This document shows, piece after piece, positions 36,259 through 46,107 of a DNA stretch of 64,000 bases. The notes under the pieces were generated by a model that did not search any database, had not been told where the DNA came from, and saw only the letters and a program-made list of their open reading frames with translations. The stretch covers positions 40,365-104,364 of the forward strand of contig CAZJFG010000001.1 in NCBI GenBank assembly GCA_964545385.1. The letters are read 5' to 3'. A program made the position numbers and the translations under genes. Source of the stretch: an uncultured Gammaproteobacteria bacterium. Its GTDB lineage: Bacteria; Patescibacteriota; Microgenomatia; UBA1406; GWC2-37-13. The number at the start of each line of letters is the position of its first letter. Position 1 is the stretch's first letter.

Positions 36259-38397
36259 TTATTCGTAATTGGTTTTCAATATTGAATCTTTGTTATTGTT
36301 GAATATTTGAAAAATAGCCTCTGTCACAAAAGGTGTGAAAGGATGCAGCATCTTCAAATTTTCAAGATAAACGTTTTTCAATATATCCAAAGCTTCTATA
36401 TTACCATTTTGTAACTCTTCCTTCAACTCCTCTATATAGAAATCGGCAAAACGGTGCCACAAAAAATCATAAACTAGTCCAAAAGCCTTTGAGAATTGAT
36501 AGTTTTTCATGAATTTCAGATAATCAGTTTTTTCTTTCTCAAATTCTTTTTTTAAAGAGTTTAGAATTTTAGGGTTAGAATTTTTGGGTTGTTTCGGATT
36601 TGGAATTTCGGATTTGGAATTTCGGTTTATTTCGATGAACCGTCCGATATTCCAAACTTTATTTACAAAATTCCTCATCCCGATTACTTTTTCTTCGCCG
36701 AAAGAAAGATCGTTTCCTTCTTTTGTTTCAAATACAAGTGCGGTTCTTAAAGCATCTGCTCCGAACTTATCAATCATTACCATCGGATTTATAACATTAC
36801 CCTTGCTTTTACTCATTTTTTGGCCGACCCGGTCGCGAACCAAGCCATGCAGAAAAACCGTCTTAAACGGTACTGTCCCTGTTGTAAAATAACCGATCAT
36901 AATCATCCGCGCTACCCACCAGGGTAAAATATCATATCCTGTTTCCATCACCGACGTCGGATAAAATTTTTCAAACAGCTTTGAGTTTTGAGTTTTGGAT
37001 TTTGAGTTTGAGTAACTCATAAGAGTTGCGAAAGGCCACTGTGCCGAGGAAAACCAAGTATCAAAAGTATCTTCATCCTGTTCAAACTCACATTTTCCGC
37101 AGATTTGACATTTTTCCGGTTTTTCGACAGAAACAAACCATTTTTTCTCTTTTTTACAAAAATAAGCAGGAATTTGAATACCCCAAACTACCTGACGTGA
37201 GATATTCCAGTCATGAAAGTTTTTTAACCACCGGATAAGAATCTTTTTAAATTTTGCAGGAACAACTTTTATCTCCTCTTTTTCGATCAAAGGGATGACT
37301 TTTTCAGCAAGAGGTTTTATTTTCACAAACCATTGCTCTTTAGCCAAAGGCTCAATCGGTCGACCGCATTTATAACAATGACCAACACGATGTATATAGT
37401 TTTTTTCCTTTTCTAAAAGCTGCAGTTGTCTCAATTTTTTTACGACTATTTCTCTTGCTTGTTTGGGATAAAGATCCAAATACTCTTTGGGTACATTGAT
37501 CATTTTTCCGTTAAAATCAATAACTTTGATAAACTCAAGACCGTGTTTTTTACCAAGCGTCCAGTCGGCTTCGTCGTGAGCCGGAGTAACTTTTACCGCT
37601 CCTGTCCCAAATTTTGGGTCAACCGATTCATCGGCGATTATTTTAACTTCCCGATTGACAATCGGTACGATTACTTTTTCGCCAATCAGATTTTTGTATC
37701 TTTTGTCATCGGGATGGACAACAACAGCCGTATCACCAAGTAATGTCTCCGGCCGGGTTGTTGCTACAACAATAAACTTTGAGTTTTTAACTAAGGGATA
37801 ACGGATAAACCAAAGTTTTCCCCGTTTTTCTTTATAGACTACCTCCAGATCAGAAAAAGAAGTACCACAATATGTACAGTAATTTACCAATCTTTCATTC
37901 CGATAAACCAGTTTTTGATCAAAAAGTTTTTTAAAAGTTTTGTATACTATTTTGACGATATCTGGGTCAAGAGTGAATTTTTTTTTCTGCCAATCTAAAC
38001 CAAATCCCAATCGCTTCAACTGATTCTCCATGGTTGATTTATTTTGCTGGACAAAGTCCCAGATCATCTTAAAAAGTATCTTACGGTCGTAGTCAAACCG
38101 ACTTTTTCCCTTTTTGGCCAGAAATTTTTCAAAAACAAACTGTGTTTCAAAACCCGCATGATCGGCACCGGGCAGCCACAATACTTCGTCTCCCAGCATT
38201 TTGTGGAAACGAATCATTATATCTTCGTAGACATACATTACATGACCCATATGTAAATCGGCATTTGCGTTGGGAGGTGGAAGAATAATCGTAAAGGCTG
38301 GCTTTTTTGAGTTCTCGTCTGCACAAAAAAACTTATTTTCTTCCCAAAAACGATAGATTTTTTCCTCAACAAGCTTTGGCTGAAATTTTGATTCCAT
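36259..38397 (-). CDS. valS: Valine--tRNA ligase (short form, no long C-terminal coiled coil)
   Basis: PPPNANADLHMGH (HIGH), WLPGADHAGFETQ, editing-domain TTRPETLLGDTAVVVHPDD, KMSKSKGN. Confidence 0.93.
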   Translation of the reverse strand: MESKFQPKLVEEKIYRFWEENKFFCADENSKKPAFTIILPPPNANADLHMGHVMYVYEDIMIRFHKMLGDEVLWLPGADHAGFETQFVFEKFLAKKGKSRFDYDRKILFKMIWDFVQQNKSTMENQLKRLGFGLDWQKKKFTLDPDIVKIVYKTFKKLFDQKLVYRNERLVNYCTYCGTSFSDLEVVYKEKRGKLWFIRYPLVKNSKFIVVATTRPETLLGDTAVVVHPDDKRYKNLIGEKVIVPIVNREVKIIADESVDPKFGTGAVKVTPAHDEADWTLGKKHGLEFIKVIDFNGKMINVPKEYLDLYPKQAREIVVKKLRQLQLLEKEKNYIHRVGHCYKCGRPIEPLAKEQWFVKIKPLAEKVIPLIEKEEIKVVPAKFKKILIRWLKNFHDWNISRQVVWGIQIPAYFCKKEKKWFVSVEKPEKCQICGKCEFEQDEDTFDTWFSSAQWPFATLMSYSNSKSKTQNSKLFEKFYPTSVMETGYDILPWWVARMIMIGYFTTGTVPFKTVFLHGLVRDRVGQKMSKSKGNVINPMVMIDKFGADALRTALVFETKEGNDLSFGEEKVIGMRNFVNKVWNIGRFIEINRNSKSEIPNPKQPKNSNPKILNSLKKEFEKEKTDYLKFMKNYQFSKAFGLVYDFLWHRFADFYIEELKEELQNGNIEALDILKNVYLENLKMLHPFTPFVTEAIFQIFNNNKDSILKTNYE

Positions 38398-38427
38398 AAT
38401 AATCTTCTTATTATATAATGATATATC

Positions 38428-40557
38428 ATGAATTGGTTAGCTATCAGCTTACAATGGTATTTTCCCCTTTTTGTTCTTGGCATAATCTTTATTCCGCTGA
38501 CAAAAAAAATATTCGGAAAAGTTTTTTATGAGTTTGGTTATCCTTTTTCCAAAACTCTTGCTATTATTTTTTTAAGCTATGCTGTTTTTGTTCTTGGGGC
38601 AATTAAAGCTCTTCCATTCAATAAAACAAGCCTGTTTATAGTAATCGGTCTTTTTATTTTCATCAATCTCTTCATCCATAAAAAAAATCAACAACCTGCC
38701 GTCAAGGACCAACCACCATCTATATGGCTGATTCTTTTTGAAGAATTATTATTTCTTATCTCATTTATATTTTGGGTTTATGTTCGGAGCCAAGAACCTT
38801 CAATCCATGGCCTTGAAAAGTTTATGGACTTTGGTTTTATAAACTCAATTTTAAGATCTAAATTTTTTCCGCCGGCTGACATGTGGCTTCCCCCAAATCC
38901 TATAAACTATTATTATTTTGGCCATCTAGCCGGTGCTTTGCTTATTAAGCTGACTGAAATTAAACCTGCTGTCGGTTATAACTTAATTTTGGCTACAATT
39001 TTTGCTCTTGGTGTTACTCAAGTATTTTCTTTTGTCCTCAATATATGCTATCGCTATTTGACCAAAAACTCTCAAAAAAAAATTAAGATAAAAGATGCGC
39101 TTAAACTTTCATTCTTTGGCCTGGTCGGCTCTTTCATTGTCAACCTTGGGGGTAATCTTCACACTATCTATGTTTTTACTTCGGGCTACACAAATGAGGA
39201 ACCGATTCCTTTTTGGAAAATACTTGGAAGCTACAGCCCGCTAAAGTATTGGTATCCTAATGCCACCCGTTTTATTCCCTATACCATTCATGAATTTCCG
39301 TCATATTCTTATGTCGTAGCCGACCTTCATGGCCATGTTTTTGACATTCCTTTTGTCTTACTCACACTCGCAGTTTTATTTATTTTGTTTATCAACTTTA
39401 AAAAAATATTAAATACTAAATACTTAATGCTTTATACTATTTTTCTGGGCTTTCTCACTGCCGTTCACTATATGACTAATGCTTTCGACGGGCCAATCTA
39501 TCTTCTGTTTGTTGTTTTGATTTTTTTCATTCTTTTTGGACCTTCAGCCAAATTTATTATCCAATCTTTGGTTCTTGTTGCTTCTTTTTTAATATACTCT
39601 CTTCCATTTTCGGTTAACTTCGCTCCTTTTATTTCAGGAATTGGTGTCAACTGTAGTCCGGATTTTTTAACAAAAATCGGAAAACTAGGTCCATTTTTAT
39701 TTGAAAAAGGTAACTGTCAGGTCTCCCCACCTTGGATGCTTTTTATTCTCTGGGGTTTTTTCTGGATCTGTTTTTTGATGTTTATTTTCATTAACAAAAA
39801 ATCAACCACGAGTCACCAGTCACCAATCACCAACTTTATTTTTATTCTTTTTGCTTTTGGAACTTTCCTTATTATTATCCCGGAGTTTTTTTACATAAAA
39901 GATATATATCCGGCTCATTTCCGGGCCAATACCATGTTTAAACTCGGTTATCAGGCTTTTATAATGATGGGCATTGCCTCAGCATTTGTCTTTTTTTTAA
40001 TCAGGTTTGCAAATCGTAAAAAAAAATTTATCTTAAATCTTGTTTTTTCCTTTTTTTTCTTTTTTATCGCCATCTATCCTCTTTTTTCTATCCCCTCTTA
40101 CTACGGTAACTTAAAAAAAATACCCGAACTTGACGGAACTTTATGGCTTAGGGATTTTTATCCTGAAGACAAAGAAATTATTGATTTTTTAAACTCAAAG
40201 ATTAGCAATCAACCGGTAATTCTTGAAGCACAAGGAGACTCTTATACCGATTATGAAAGAATTTCGGCAAATACCGGTCTTCCGACAGTTGCCGGTTGGT
40301 GGGTTCATGAATGGCTTTGGCGAGGTTCCTCAGATGTGATTGGCGAGCGTATTCCGGAAGTTAAAAGTCTTTACGAATCGGAAAATATTAAACTGACCAA
40401 GGAATTAATTGAAAAATATCAAATTAAATTTGTTGTTATCTCGCAACTTGAAAAAGAGAAATATATCAATCTAAACTACGATAAGTTCAACAAGCTTGGT
40501 AAAATAATTTTTCGCTCCAAAAATAATAACGGATTATTGTATCAACTAAATCCTTAA
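38428..40557 (+). CDS. Large polytopic membrane protein of the YYY-motif / DUF2298 family (putative glycosyltransferase)
   Basis: 709 aa with many TM helices, the PINYYYFGH motif and a C-terminal soluble domain. Confidence 0.8.
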   Translation: MNWLAISLQWYFPLFVLGIIFIPLTKKIFGKVFYEFGYPFSKTLAIIFLSYAVFVLGAIKALPFNKTSLFIVIGLFIFINLFIHKKNQQPAVKDQPPSIWLILFEELLFLISFIFWVYVRSQEPSIHGLEKFMDFGFINSILRSKFFPPADMWLPPNPINYYYFGHLAGALLIKLTEIKPAVGYNLILATIFALGVTQVFSFVLNICYRYLTKNSQKKIKIKDALKLSFFGLVGSFIVNLGGNLHTIYVFTSGYTNEEPIPFWKILGSYSPLKYWYPNATRFIPYTIHEFPSYSYVVADLHGHVFDIPFVLLTLAVLFILFINFKKILNTKYLMLYTIFLGFLTAVHYMTNAFDGPIYLLFVVLIFFILFGPSAKFIIQSLVLVASFLIYSLPFSVNFAPFISGIGVNCSPDFLTKIGKLGPFLFEKGNCQVSPPWMLFILWGFFWICFLMFIFINKKSTTSHQSPITNFIFILFAFGTFLIIIPEFFYIKDIYPAHFRANTMFKLGYQAFIMMGIASAFVFFLIRFANRKKKFILNLVFSFFFFFIAIYPLFSIPSYYGNLKKIPELDGTLWLRDFYPEDKEIIDFLNSKISNQPVILEAQGDSYTDYERISANTGLPTVAGWWVHEWLWRGSSDVIGERIPEVKSLYESENIKLTKELIEKYQIKFVVISQLEKEKYINLNYDKFNKLGKIIFRSKNNNGLLYQLNP

Positions 40558-40597
40558 AAACCTTGACAACCAAAAAAATATCTGTTAATGTTTTGAT

Positions 40598-40653
40598 GAG
40601 CATTACTACTCGTCGTCCCCAATATACGAGCGGTAGTGATGCTCGTTTTTTTT
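40598..40653 (+). terminator. Strong rho-independent terminator after the YYY-family gene
   Basis: GAGCATTACTACTCGT...ACGAGCGGTAGTGATGCTC followed by G and T8. Confidence 0.6.
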
Positions 40654-41003
40654 GTCGCTAAAAACTATAATTGATAAAGTTTTATAGGCACCTGCAAATT
40701 CTTCTTAACAAGTTGTTTAAACTGATTACTAACAAAACCAAGAAGATCTTTTTTCTGATCAACCAAAGTTACTTTAGTTGAGATTTTAGCCCTTCTTGAT
40801 AATACACCATCATTCATAATTCAACTATAAACAATCAAAAAATATTTGTCAAGTCCTATAGAAAAATAAGACTTAACTATAAGTCAACCTATAATATATA
40901 TATTATAAATTAGCTCAGCCTATTGCTCCTTTATTTCTAAAAATAAAATTGTGGATAGTTTGTGGATTGGTATTTTTAAGGTTTTTTTATATAATTTAAT
41001 ACT

Positions 41004-41783
41004 ATGAAATTATCACTCCTTACCTATAACACTCTTTATAATATGGCGTTTAGCAAACTCCCTGATATTTTAAAAAAATACAAACCTGATATTGTCTGTC
41101 TTCAAGAAATAGATACAAATGATGATAATCTCAAAAAAATGGAAGATTATGGATATAGTCTGGCGGACTATGCTAACTGTTTTTTTGAGTTTGGCAAAAT
41201 CTGGGGAGTGGCCACATATTACAAGGCTGAAAAATTCGAATTTCTTAACTCAAAACCCATCCCTCTTATAAATGGCATTTATGAACTTATTAAGCTAATT
41301 ATTCGTATGTTCCGCAATAAGGGATTGCGACGAACGATTCTTAAAACAAACCTAAAAATTAAAAAAACAAATAGCAATATTACAATCTACAATCTTCATC
41401 TTTCAGCCATTGGTCTGAACAATCTTCGGCTAAAACAAATAAACATGATTGATTTTGAAGAAGTTGGTCAAAAAGGCTCAATAATTCTTACTGGTGATTT
41501 TAATTTTCCAGTTGAAAGAAAAAAACTGGAAAAAATAATGAATAAATATAATTTAAAAGAGGCAACTAACAACCTTTTATTTACAGTCAAATACCCAAAC
41601 TCAAACAAACCTTGGTATAGTTTTTTATATCGCTTATTTTCTAAAATAGCTCGAAAACTGTGGACTGACGAAGTCAAACTTGATTATATCTTTTATCGAG
41701 GTTTAAAAAATACCTTAACCAAAAGAGTAGATGTTAATTTTTCCGACCATTTCCCTATTTATGCAGAATTCGATACTCTTTAA
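41004..41783 (+). CDS. Endonuclease/exonuclease/phosphatase (EEP) family protein
   Basis: LLTYNTL, DIVCLQE, LTGDFNF, SDHFPIYAEF. Confidence 0.85.
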   Translation: MKLSLLTYNTLYNMAFSKLPDILKKYKPDIVCLQEIDTNDDNLKKMEDYGYSLADYANCFFEFGKIWGVATYYKAEKFEFLNSKPIPLINGIYELIKLIIRMFRNKGLRRTILKTNLKIKKTNSNITIYNLHLSAIGLNNLRLKQINMIDFEEVGQKGSIILTGDFNFPVERKKLEKIMNKYNLKEATNNLLFTVKYPNSNKPWYSFLYRLFSKIARKLWTDEVKLDYIFYRGLKNTLTKRVDVNFSDHFPIYAEFDTL

Positions 41784-42610
41784 ATTTTTTTTAACTGGTT
41801 TGAAAAAAATTTTTTTGTTTTTTCGAAGTTTTTGTTAAAATCAATCTTTATCAACTTCTCCTGGTAATCTTCTCCTCCCATTTTATAATCAAATATCTTC
41901 TTTTTAATATCACCTTTTATGAGCATATGTGCTATCGCTAACAAATATTTATATAAAACCAGAAGCTGTCCTTCCCGTTTCAATCTTCTTAGGCAAAACT
42001 TGACTTTAATATTTTTTAAGTATCTAGCACGCACACCCCAAAAGTTCGCTTTTTGAATAAGTTCATGATCTTCTGATATATATAGTTTTTCATTAAATCC
42101 TCCAATAAGCCGAAAAAAATTTTTTTCGAGAATCATGTTCCCTCCTGAGGAAAGCGGTTTATTTAAGCTTTGAGATAACTCGATTAAAAAATTGGAAACA
42201 CGAAAAGCAATCTGCGACTGGGCAGTATTTTCATCCGGGATAATCTGAGGAATAAATACCAAGCCTTTTTGCTTATCTATTGATTTTTTGAGATTTTTAA
42301 TAAAAGATTTATAAATGCCTGTGTCGGCATCTAAAAAAATCAGGTATTTACCATTTGAGTATTTAGCACCGTAGTTTCTTTGAACGGCAACATTTGAACC
42401 TTTATATTTAAAAAAAGTAATTGGTAATTTTTTTTGGAACTTGTCGACTACTTCTTTCGTCTTATCTTTTGAATAGCCATCGACAATAATAATTTCAAAA
42501 TCTTTATCTGATTGATTAAGCAAACTGTTTAGGAGTTTTGGCAAATAATGTTCTTCATTAAGGGTCGGAATAATGATCGAAAAAAAAGGCGACATATTGA
42601 TGAGAAACAT
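41780..42610 (-). CDS. Glycosyltransferase family 2
   Basis: FSIIIPTLNEE...IIVDGYSKD...FLDADT. Paralog of 4786..5529. Confidence 0.85.
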   Translation of the reverse strand: MFLINMSPFFSIIIPTLNEEHYLPKLLNSLLNQSDKDFEIIIVDGYSKDKTKEVVDKFQKKLPITFFKYKGSNVAVQRNYGAKYSNGKYLIFLDADTGIYKSFIKNLKKSIDKQKGLVFIPQIIPDENTAQSQIAFRVSNFLIELSQSLNKPLSSGGNMILEKNFFRLIGGFNEKLYISEDHELIQKANFWGVRARYLKNIKVKFCLRRLKREGQLLVLYKYLLAIAHMLIKGDIKKKIFDYKMGGEDYQEKLIKIDFNKNFEKTKKFFSNQLKKI

Positions 42611-42634
42611 TATAACATTTGATAAAATAATTTA

Positions 42635-43303
42635 ATGCGGATTTCTGTTGTCATACCTGTTTATAATGAAGAAAAATATCTTGGACGTTGTTTGGAAAGC
42701 TTAAGTAATCAGACAGAAAAACCAAACGAAATTATCATTGTCAATAACAACTCTACGGATAAAACAACCGATGTGGCTAAAAAATTCCCGGTTAAAATCG
42801 TTGATGAAAAAAATCAAGGAATCTCATGGGCACGCAATCGGGGTTTTAATGAAGCTAAATACGAAGTCATTGCTCGTTGTGATGCTGATTCTATTGTCCC
42901 AAAAAACTGGATCAAAATTATAAAAAAAGATTTTTTAGATTATAAAATCGACGGTTTGACAGGACCGATAAAATTTTACGATTTACCACTTCGATCCAAA
43001 TTGATCAGTGAAGTCTATTTAAAAAATCTTTATTGGTTGCAGGGGAAAAAAAATATTTTGATTGGTCCAAATATGGCTATTAGCAAAAAAATTTGGTTAA
43101 AAATTAACAATGATGTTTGTACCGATGATACAAAAATTCATGAAGACGTCGACCTGGCCATTCATATCAATAAACAAGCTGGAAAAATTATGGTAGATAA
43201 TAATCTTACGGTTTTGATCTCAGCACGAAGAATTATCCATAAACCTCAATCTTTTTTTCTGGAATACCCATTCAGATTGTTAAGAACTTATCTCAATCAT
43301 TGA
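42635..43303 (+). CDS. Glycosyltransferase family 2
   Basis: ISVVIPVYNEEKYL...IIVNNNSTD...RCDADS. Confidence 0.85.
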   Translation: MRISVVIPVYNEEKYLGRCLESLSNQTEKPNEIIIVNNNSTDKTTDVAKKFPVKIVDEKNQGISWARNRGFNEAKYEVIARCDADSIVPKNWIKIIKKDFLDYKIDGLTGPIKFYDLPLRSKLISEVYLKNLYWLQGKKNILIGPNMAISKKIWLKINNDVCTDDTKIHEDVDLAIHINKQAGKIMVDNNLTVLISARRIIHKPQSFFLEYPFRLLRTYLNH

Positions 43304-45030
43304 TTACCCTTTTGGTTCTTAAACATCTTTTCTATTTCTTGCAAAGTTGTTGTTTCTTTTGGATTTTTATCATTTCGAAAACGCTCAAGACGGGGAAAAC
43401 GAAAAGCGAACCCTGTTGTATGAACTGGCGATTTACTTATTTCATCAGCCCGAATCTCGACGACAATCCCCGGATTAATCCATACATCGCACTCCATCAT
43501 CTTATTAACTAAATAGTTATTTGGTTTACTTTCCACTTTTAACTTTTGAGCTTTAAATTTTAACTGCTTCCATTCCTCATCGGTCAGACCGGTCCCTATT
43601 TTTGCCATCGTTAAAAATCTATCTTTTTTCTCGTCATAAACACCGACTAAAAACGCTCCAATCCCAAAACTCGTTCTTTTTCCTCGGCCCAGGTCATAAC
43701 CCATAACCAGACAATCAATTGTATCGTTAACTTTTGAAGAATAACTATGCTTAAACTTAATCCAGCTCCAACCTCTGGCACCAGGTTGATAAAAACCGTT
43801 AAGTTTTTTAGCTATAATCCCTTCAAGACCTTTTCCAACTGCTTCGTCAAATAGTTCCTCTATTCTGGCGCCATCTTCAACCAATTCTCCGGGTGCAAGA
43901 ATTATATTTTTTTCTTTAACATCTTTTTTGGCCGAAATAATTTCTTCTAGCTTCTTTCTTCTCTGCTCATAAAAAGTATTTAAATAACTTTCTTTTCCAA
44001 GGTATAAAATTTCGAAAATAAAAAGCTTAAGCGGGACTTCTTTGGCTTTTTTTTGAATATCAAACTTTCTTTTACGTTGGACTGTTTCCTGGAAAGGCAA
44101 AAAATTGCAGGTTTTTGAATCAAAACCAATAGCCTCTCCTTCTAGAATTACTTTATTGACTCGAACTTCTTTTTTAACCGCTTCAACAATATCCGGATAC
44201 ATAAAAGTAACATCTTCAAGGCTTCGGGAATACAACTTCACTTTGTCATTCTTATAGTGAACCTGCAGTCGAAACCCATCATATTTGGGTTCGATAAAAC
44301 ATGGACCAATTTTTTTAACGATCTCAACGCCCGAGGAAAGACGCTCAGCCCGCATCATGATAATCGGAGTAAATATTTTGGGAACAATTTTGTCAAGCTC
44401 GGCAACTCCTTTTTTCTTAATCTCAGCAGCGATGAATCCAAGGTCTGGTCGGACATGATAAGCAGCTTGAATTTTTGGCCGGAGTGTTTTGTCGCTTGTA
44501 ATCATCCAAGAAAGCCCATCAAGCACGGTCATATCAGAAAATCCCATCCTCATGACGCCAAGCGGAATCCGAACAATATAACGGGCTGAAAGTGGGTCGG
44601 TTCTACGGATAAGATCGGCCAAGATACTCACCTTAAGCTCTTGTGATCCTTCGCCTGAAGCAGTTGCCAAAGAATATAGATTTTTATAAACTTCGTTTAT
44701 GGTAAAATCCGTCTCCTCCAGAGAAGGAAACTCTTTTTTAAACTTCTCAACGGTACGACCCAGATCGCCTTCTTTTTTAAATCTTTTATCAAAAAGCTTA
44801 CGATCAACATTGAGTGCGGATATTGAAGATTTTATAATAAGCCGCTCAGCAATGCCAAAATCTATTTTTTCAAACAAGGGTACAACCCGACCTTGCAGAA
44901 GATAGATAGTTTTATCAATCTCTTCTGGAGTAAGTTTGTTAAACAGTTCTGCAAGCAATCGTGTAATCTCAAGACGGGAAGACGTTTGTTCGATTTTTTC
45001 AAAATATCTGGAAAGCTGGGAGAACTTCAT
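43297..45030 (-). CDS. ATP-dependent DNA ligase (Lig1-like: DNA-binding, adenylation and OB domains)
   Basis: Motif I EPKYDGFRLQVH, then EGEAI, EGIIAK and WIKFK. The 577-aa length fits the archaeal/eukaryotic three-domain type. Confidence 0.9.
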   Translation of the reverse strand: MKFSQLSRYFEKIEQTSSRLEITRLLAELFNKLTPEEIDKTIYLLQGRVVPLFEKIDFGIAERLIIKSSISALNVDRKLFDKRFKKEGDLGRTVEKFKKEFPSLEETDFTINEVYKNLYSLATASGEGSQELKVSILADLIRRTDPLSARYIVRIPLGVMRMGFSDMTVLDGLSWMITSDKTLRPKIQAAYHVRPDLGFIAAEIKKKGVAELDKIVPKIFTPIIMMRAERLSSGVEIVKKIGPCFIEPKYDGFRLQVHYKNDKVKLYSRSLEDVTFMYPDIVEAVKKEVRVNKVILEGEAIGFDSKTCNFLPFQETVQRKRKFDIQKKAKEVPLKLFIFEILYLGKESYLNTFYEQRRKKLEEIISAKKDVKEKNIILAPGELVEDGARIEELFDEAVGKGLEGIIAKKLNGFYQPGARGWSWIKFKHSYSSKVNDTIDCLVMGYDLGRGKRTSFGIGAFLVGVYDEKKDRFLTMAKIGTGLTDEEWKQLKFKAQKLKVESKPNNYLVNKMMECDVWINPGIVVEIRADEISKSPVHTTGFAFRFPRLERFRNDKNPKETTTLQEIEKMFKNQKGNQ

Positions 45031-45039
45031 AAAAATAAT

Positions 45040-46107
45040 TTAAACCATAACATATCTTGCCGCTTTTGTACTTCCAATTTTTTTTATCAAACCGTTTTTA
45101 ATAAGTTCTTGTACATCACGTAAAACCGTATCCTCGGAAACATCGGTAAACAAACTGGCAAATGCTTTGTTTTGAAGATATCCCGTTTCTTGAATATATT
45201 CGACTATTTTTACCTGCCTGTCATTCAAGAAAATCTGCTGACCGCCTATTTTTTGCTTAAGTTTAACATCTTTTGAAAGTTTTAAAATTTTTTCTTTAAT
45301 TTTTTCAAACTCAACCGATGCTCCAAAAGTAAAATATTCAAGCCAACTCGTCAAATCCCCGTTTGAGGCTTTTTGAAGGTTTTCGTAATAGACAACCGCG
45401 TCTTTGTCGTAATATTCCTCCAGTGAAAAAAACCGGCGAATATCATAACCACCAAGAAGTAAAATTAAGGTTGCTAAAAGCCGAGCCACGCGGCCGTTAC
45501 CATCGATAAAGGGATGAATTCGAACAAGTTCATGATGGGCAATACCTGCCTTAAGTACCGGATGGATAATATCACCTTCGGTTTTATTCAGCCAATACAA
45601 AAAATCACGCATCAAATAAGGAACCTCGATTGGAGGAGGCGGTCTAAAAGTCACCTCACCGGTCTGGGAGTTTTTGACAATTACCTGTTTTGTCCTGTAT
45701 TCTCCGCAAAGCTCTGTTGATAAAATCTTGTCAACAGTAATCCGATGAAGTTTTTTTACCAAAGGTTCGGTAATCTTCTCGATTTTCTTTTTTGCTTCAT
45801 CGTCAATAAATTCAATCACCCGACGATAGTTAATTACCTCTTGGATATCTCGTGGACGACCGATCACCGAACGACCCATTAAAATATCTTTGGCTTCATC
45901 CTTCCGAAGAGCATTCCCTTCAATATGAGTGCCGTGATGGGCCGAACGGATGATTGCATCTTCTTTAAACTTTTTTTCCCACAAAGGCAAAAGAGGTGAG
46001 TTTTTAATTACTTCTTCCGATGCTTCAATTTTGGAGATATTGGTTAAAATTCTGTTGGTAATAGAAAAACTGGGCGTAAACATAAAAAATATTATACTAT
46101 CTTCCAA
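45040..46107 (-). CDS. Fic family protein (AMPylase-type) with C-terminal winged-helix domain
   Basis: Fic motif HPFIDGNGRVARLL. Confidence 0.9.
   Translation of the reverse strand: MEDSIIFFMFTPSFSITNRILTNISKIEASEEVIKNSPLLPLWEKKFKEDAIIRSAHHGTHIEGNALRKDEAKDILMGRSVIGRPRDIQEVINYRRVIEFIDDEAKKKIEKITEPLVKKLHRITVDKILSTELCGEYRTKQVIVKNSQTGEVTFRPPPPIEVPYLMRDFLYWLNKTEGDIIHPVLKAGIAHHELVRIHPFIDGNGRVARLLATLILLLGGYDIRRFFSLEEYYDKDAVVYYENLQKASNGDLTSWLEYFTFGASVEFEKIKEKILKLSKDVKLKQKIGGQQIFLNDRQVKIVEYIQETGYLQNKAFASLFTDVSEDTVLRDVQELIKNGLIKKIGSTKAARYVMV

Noticed and set aside
40563-40653. Independent small RNA gene: TTGACA-17 nt-TAATGT directly followed by a 47-nt hairpin and T8.
   Set aside because: The hairpin sits only 40 nt after the stop of the 709-aa gene, so it is adequately explained as that gene's terminator. 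The promoter-like hexamers could be chance in AT-rich DNA. It would be worth checking only if RNA-seq shows a discrete roughly 60-nt species.
40665-40817. 50-codon minus-strand ORF (MNDGVLSRRAKISTKVTLVDQKKDLLGFVSNQFKQLVKKNLQVPIKLYQL).
   Set aside because: It has no Shine-Dalgarno sequence, no recognisable family and no terminator. Too little evidence to call it a gene.
40850-41003. Chromosomal replication origin.
   Set aside because: Only two DnaA-box-like 9-mers are present, and dnaA and dnaN are not adjacent. It is recorded as a low-interest finding rather than an oriC call.
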